Positions 60,439 through 64,000 of a stretch of 64,000 nt of DNA are shown one piece after another. Below the pieces are notes generated by a model. It saw only the letters and a list, made by a program, of their open reading frames with translations. It was not told the DNA's origin and searched no databases. The stretch comes from Nemertoderma westbladi. Lineage: Eukaryota > Animalia > Xenacoelomorpha. A program made the position numbers and the translations under genes. How positions within the stretch are numbered: the stretch's first letter is position 1; every line of letters starts with the position of its first letter. The DNA is taken from NCBI GenBank assembly GCA_032718475.1, contig JAUCBJ010008566.1, positions 1 to 64,000 of the forward strand, read 5' to 3'.

Positions 60439-63400
60439 TTACGTTATGGAGTCCCTAGATGTTTGAAGGATTAGGGAGGTGGTCGTGGGAAGAGAATCTT
60501 GCCTTCCACAGTTTCCGGAGAGTCCTCCATTCCCTTCCGATAAACACAAACGACCGACTGGGTGATTGAGTCGCTGCATCCTGAATACAATTCCAGGTTT
60601 CCTCTTTGTCCTGGAATAGTGACGATAGAAACATCGCTCAAAGTGTATGACGGCGTCACAAAGCCGATTCCAGGAGCTATAGTGGTCCGTCGCTCTCTGC
60701 AGGAGAGGTGAGAGTCCCTGCGAGACGTCTGATGTTCCAGAGCTCCAATCGCTCTCTCTGATCTTCATGAACGATCCACTCGCGGAGGGGAGGCCCAGAT
60801 CCACGGCGTCGTCCCTGGCAACATGTAATACCGACAGATCTATCCCGGGTTCAAATAACTCCGATCCACACGTCCGGGTTTCAGGTTCGACTTTCTCCGC
60901 TCCCTTGGCTGGTATAATCTCAGTCGGAGTAAGATGGGGAGGACATTCATTCTCCTTACTCAGGAAGTCGGGTTCACCTAATCGGTCTGTAGTATCTGTC
61001 AGTTCTTGAGGAGTTGCTCCTCTGGAAGCGATGTCCGTTGGTTTAAACTTCTTGGGGCAATATCTCCATTGATCTACATTGGAGCTAAGATTGTCATTAT
61101 CTGAGGAGTGTGGTGTTCCCTCAGTTGGGTCGTCTCCCTCACTAGTATCATCTTCCCATTTACTCCGCTGGCAGACGCGATCTTGAAGCAGTCTTTCTCT
61201 GAGCGTTCTACGGGAAGGTCCAGTAAGGTACCAACCTACTCTAGTTCTTACCGCATAGGGCTGAAGTGGTTGCGGTTGAGCAGGTCGTTTCTCTAATGTC
61301 TCCAGCGCCTCATGCGCGTTTTGGCCGATGAGTATTTGCACTCCAGGATAATCAGTCTGGAATCGAGGTATGTTAAGATGTTGGATGCTCTCATCCTCGT
61401 CCCAATTATAAAGGTCTGCTTGAGTAGTAGCGAAGTTCTTTATAGCCACCATTTTCACTGACCTGATGCTATGTTCTCCTAGTTCGTCTTGTGGGGTGGA
61501 CAACGCGCCTACATAATAATCAGCTGTTATTGTAGATTTCCAAACTTGCATAATGCCTGACATGTTGAGCTTAGTTTGGAACTTGGGTTGTCCAGCAAAT
61601 ATATCTTCGGCTAGCTCTTTATCGATGAATGTTCCTGTGCTGCCGGAGTCCAGGAGGGCGTTCACTACATAACTCCGTTTAGGTCCGTGCACCCTTACCT
61701 GCACCACAGGAAACTCTCGGATTCCTATATTGGAAGTTGGCGCTTTCCAAGATGGTTGTTGATCGGAAGTAGTTAAGGTAAGGTCGCTGTCTGTGTCTTT
61801 CTCATGTACGAGTGCTCGATACACTGCGGTGGTGTTTATTAGGTAACAGGATTCGTTTTGGTCGGAGAACTCGTCCGTATAGAATCCTTCCATCTCAGAT
61901 TGATCAGTGTCGTTCACATCACTGAATTGGACATGTAGTTCGGACTCACTTACCTGACTCGGGCTGTTTCGTTCGAATTCCGTGTGCAACAAGATATGAT
62001 GTTTTGCGCCGCACTGTGCACACCTTGCGTCGGAGTTACAGGTTCGCCGTTGGTGTCCTCGTCTGAGGCAATTATAACACAACCGCTTATCCCACATGAC
62101 TTCACGTCTATCCTCGAGTGATTTCCTCAGGAATTTATCACACGCATTTAAACGGTGGGGCCCGTCGCACAGCACACATTTTGGTTTGATGTTACTTACC
62201 TTATTTTGAGTCACATTGTGTACACTTGCCCTTTCTTCGGGTTTTCTCACCTGAATTCTCTTGGGAGACGTGGGAGGAGTTTTTCTTACCTGTTCCCTCC
62301 TGTCATTTGTTCGAGACTTAAATTTACTTACCTGATCTTTAGGCATTTTGTTCACGTAATAAGATCTATCCGTGTCTTTCCCGCTATCTTCTCCTTGAGA
62401 AGTCTGGCTTTCGCCGTCATCGGTATAACATACTGGTGTTACTTTTCTCCTAGAGACGGGTTTTTCACTTACCTTGTTTTCCGGTGTCTTCTCTCGGGAC
62501 TGCTTGAGGAGTTGCAATTTCACTTCTCCATCCAAGAATGACATGAGATCAGCCATGGTAGGGTCTCGTCGTTGTTGTTCCATCATATAAAGTACTTTCT
62601 TATCCCAGCGTGTGCCTACCCCACCTTTCGGTAAAGTAGAAGCCACAGCTCCAATGACCATAGAACTTTGGTATTCATGAGACTTACCTAACCAATCTAA
62701 TTGTCTACAGATCTCTTGAATCTCATCGGAAAACTCTATAATCCCGCTGCTAATAAACTTTCGGGGCGCTACTAATTTTGCATATAAATACTTAGCGATA
62801 TTATTCCTATTACCATACCTGATGTTTAGCGTGTCCCAAACTTGTCTTAATCCGTCTGGATGTCCAATAAACTTTAACGCCATTAACTTGGGAGATCCTT
62901 CCAAGCACTCGATGAGGTATCTAAGTTTTTCTCCATTAGATAGTACAGAGTTCTGTATGTTATCTTTGTAATATTCATTAAAAGGTAACCATTTCATCTC
63001 ATCTCCATTGAATTTGACTATCTCTCCCACCTTCACCGCTTGCCGGGCTTCGGTTCTAGCCATTTGACGCGTAAAACTTTCTTGGGCCATCGTGTTATTT
63101 AATATCGAGTTATCGGTATATAAATTTCTCGGATTATGATCAGGTCTATAGGGAATGTCATTATCAACAGGTCTATAATTACCCTTAATAGGGTTTACTA
63201 TAGGAGTTTCTACTTCGCTAGCAGTATATATGCGTGTAGGCTCCACACCTTGCGCATGCAATACTTCAGACCTAACAGGTTGACACATTGTTACAGAGGG
63301 TGGTGGTATACCCTTTTGGGTGTTTACTAATTTATCGCGTTCAAGCGCGATACTTTGCTGCACTTCTTGCAACTCTAGCCTACTTTCCCTTACTGTGCCC

Positions 63401-64000
63401 TTGAATTGCTGGACAGTCTCCTGCATCTGCCCGAGCAGGATATCCATCCCCCGCCGTCTCTCGTCTACCCAATCAACCGCCGAAACGGGATCCGCCAACG
63501 TCGTAGCGGGCGGACGAGGGACAACGGGCGACAAATTGTGAATATTTCGCTCGGGGTCCAGGACCTGAACTGTCTCCTGGGCAGTTCTGCGGGGCACAGG
63601 TAGCTTAGTGCTATGCAGAGGGAATTTAGAGGTAGTTTCAGGGAGCACAGGTATGTCTATCACCGAAGGGGTGATTTCAAGAACAGGCCTAATTATTTCA
63701 GGCTCATCTACTATAGTAGGGAGTCTTTCTATTGTAATTATTTGGTCTGTGGGTTCTGTACTCTCTAAGTTGTTGTTATTTAGTTGCCTTCTAACAGCTG
63801 GAGGCAAATCAGGCAATTTCTGCCGGTGGAATGTTCTTTTACGTCTGCTTAGGCGAGATCGATTTCTTCCGCCTTCAGTGTCGGTGGTATCGCCTTCCTC
63901 AGATGAGGTATACCCTTGTCTCTTGGGAGTAGATCGACTCATCATCTGCATATTGCTCGCTGTTAACTGTTTATTGAAGTTGTCTTGCCTCTCTTGAAGA
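60439..64000 (-). CDS. BEL Gag plus aspartic protease, with RT/RNase H and integrase deleted in frame
   Basis: FNGDEMKWLPF...KLRYL gag core; triple Cys-His CVLCDGPHRLNAC / CYNCLRRGHQRRTC / CAQCGAKHHILLH; ALLDSGSTGTFI; then QWRYCP..DIASRG, YSSWNRL and the Pol C-terminus. Confidence 0.92.
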   Translation of the reverse strand, partial: LQERQDNFNKQLTASNMQMMSRSTPKRQGYTSSEEGDTTDTEGGRNRSRLSRRKRTFHRQKLPDLPPAVRRQLNNNNLESTEPTDQIITIERLPTIVDEPEIIRPVLEITPSVIDIPVLPETTSKFPLHSTKLPVPRRTAQETVQVLDPERNIHNLSPVVPRPPATTLADPVSAVDWVDERRRGMDILLGQMQETVQQFKGTVRESRLELQEVQQSIALERDKLVNTQKGIPPPSVTMCQPVRSEVLHAQGVEPTRIYTASEVETPIVNPIKGNYRPVDNDIPYRPDHNPRNLYTDNSILNNTMAQESFTRQMARTEARQAVKVGEIVKFNGDEMKWLPFNEYYKDNIQNSVLSNGEKLRYLIECLEGSPKLMALKFIGHPDGLRQVWDTLNIRYGNRNNIAKYLYAKLVAPRKFISSGIIEFSDEIQEICRQLDWLGKSHEYQSSMVIGAVASTLPKGGVGTRWDKKVLYMMEQQRRDPTMADLMSFLDGEVKLQLLKQSREKTPENKVSEKPVSRRKVTPVCYTDDGESQTSQGEDSGKDTDRSYYVNKMPKDQVSKFKSRTNDRREQVRKTPPTSPKRIQVRKPEERASVHNVTQNKVSNIKPKCVLCDGPHRLNACDKFLRKSLEDRREVMWDKRLCYNCLRRGHQRRTCNSDARCAQCGAKHHILLHTEFERNSPSQVSESELHVQFSDVNDTDQSEMEGFYTDEFSDQNESCYLINTTAVYRALVHEKDTDSDLTLTTSDQQPSWKAPTSNIGIREFPVVQVRVHGPKRSYVVNALLDSGSTGTFIDKELAEDIFAGQPKFQTKLNMSGIMQVWKSTITADYYVGALSTPQDELGEHSIRSVKMVAIKNFATTQADLYNWDEDESIQHLNIPRFQTDYPGVQILIGQNAHEALETLEKRPAQPQPLQPYAVRTRVGWYLTGPSRRTLRERLLQDRVCQRSKWEDDTSEGDDPTEGTPHSSDNDNLSSNVDQWRYCPKKFKPTDIASRGATPQELTDTTDRLGEPDFLSKENECPPHLTPTEIIPAKGAEKVEPETRTCGSELFEPGIDLSVLHVARDDAVDLGLPSASGSFMKIRESDWSSGTSDVSQGLSPLLQRATDHYSSWNRLCDAVIHFERCFYRHYSRTKRKPGIVFRMQRLNHPVGRLCLSEGNGGLSGNCGRQDSLPTTTSLILQTSRDSIT

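Larger units (their letters stand above)
56246..64000 (-). mobile_element. BEL/Pao copy E (gag-protease ORF, 3' internal region, extra-ORF remnant, 3' LTR 56246-57442); runs off the right edge
   Basis: LTR preceded by GGGAGCGG; 57443-60440 is colinear with B 7575-10873. Confidence 0.92.

Overview
Eukaryotic, probably invertebrate, repeat-dense DNA with no recognisable host housekeeping gene. It holds five nested or partial copies (A-E) of one BEL/Pao LTR retrotransposon family with ~1.2 kb TGT...ACA LTRs. It also holds three CRE-clade (RT plus restriction-like endonuclease) non-LTR elements, one decayed APE-RT LINE preceded by a Ulp1/C48 protease region, RTE fragments, a piggyBac-like MITE, two minisatellite arrays (29 bp and 38 bp) and a tandem family carrying an orphan repeat-protein ORF. 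The most notable signal is in the BEL/Pao family. It has no tRNA primer-binding site. Instead, the 11-13 nt directly after the 5' LTR are perfectly complementary to a fixed position inside the LTR, and the two sequences change together between subfamilies. This matches Tf1-type self-primed reverse transcription. The family also carries an extra 3' ORF (multi zinc-knuckle, basic C-terminus, not env-like), preceded by a covarying ~105-nt RNA hairpin and a conserved RFX X-box-like motif. All calls come from reading the sequence by eye; no database searches were run and boundaries marked ~ are approximate.
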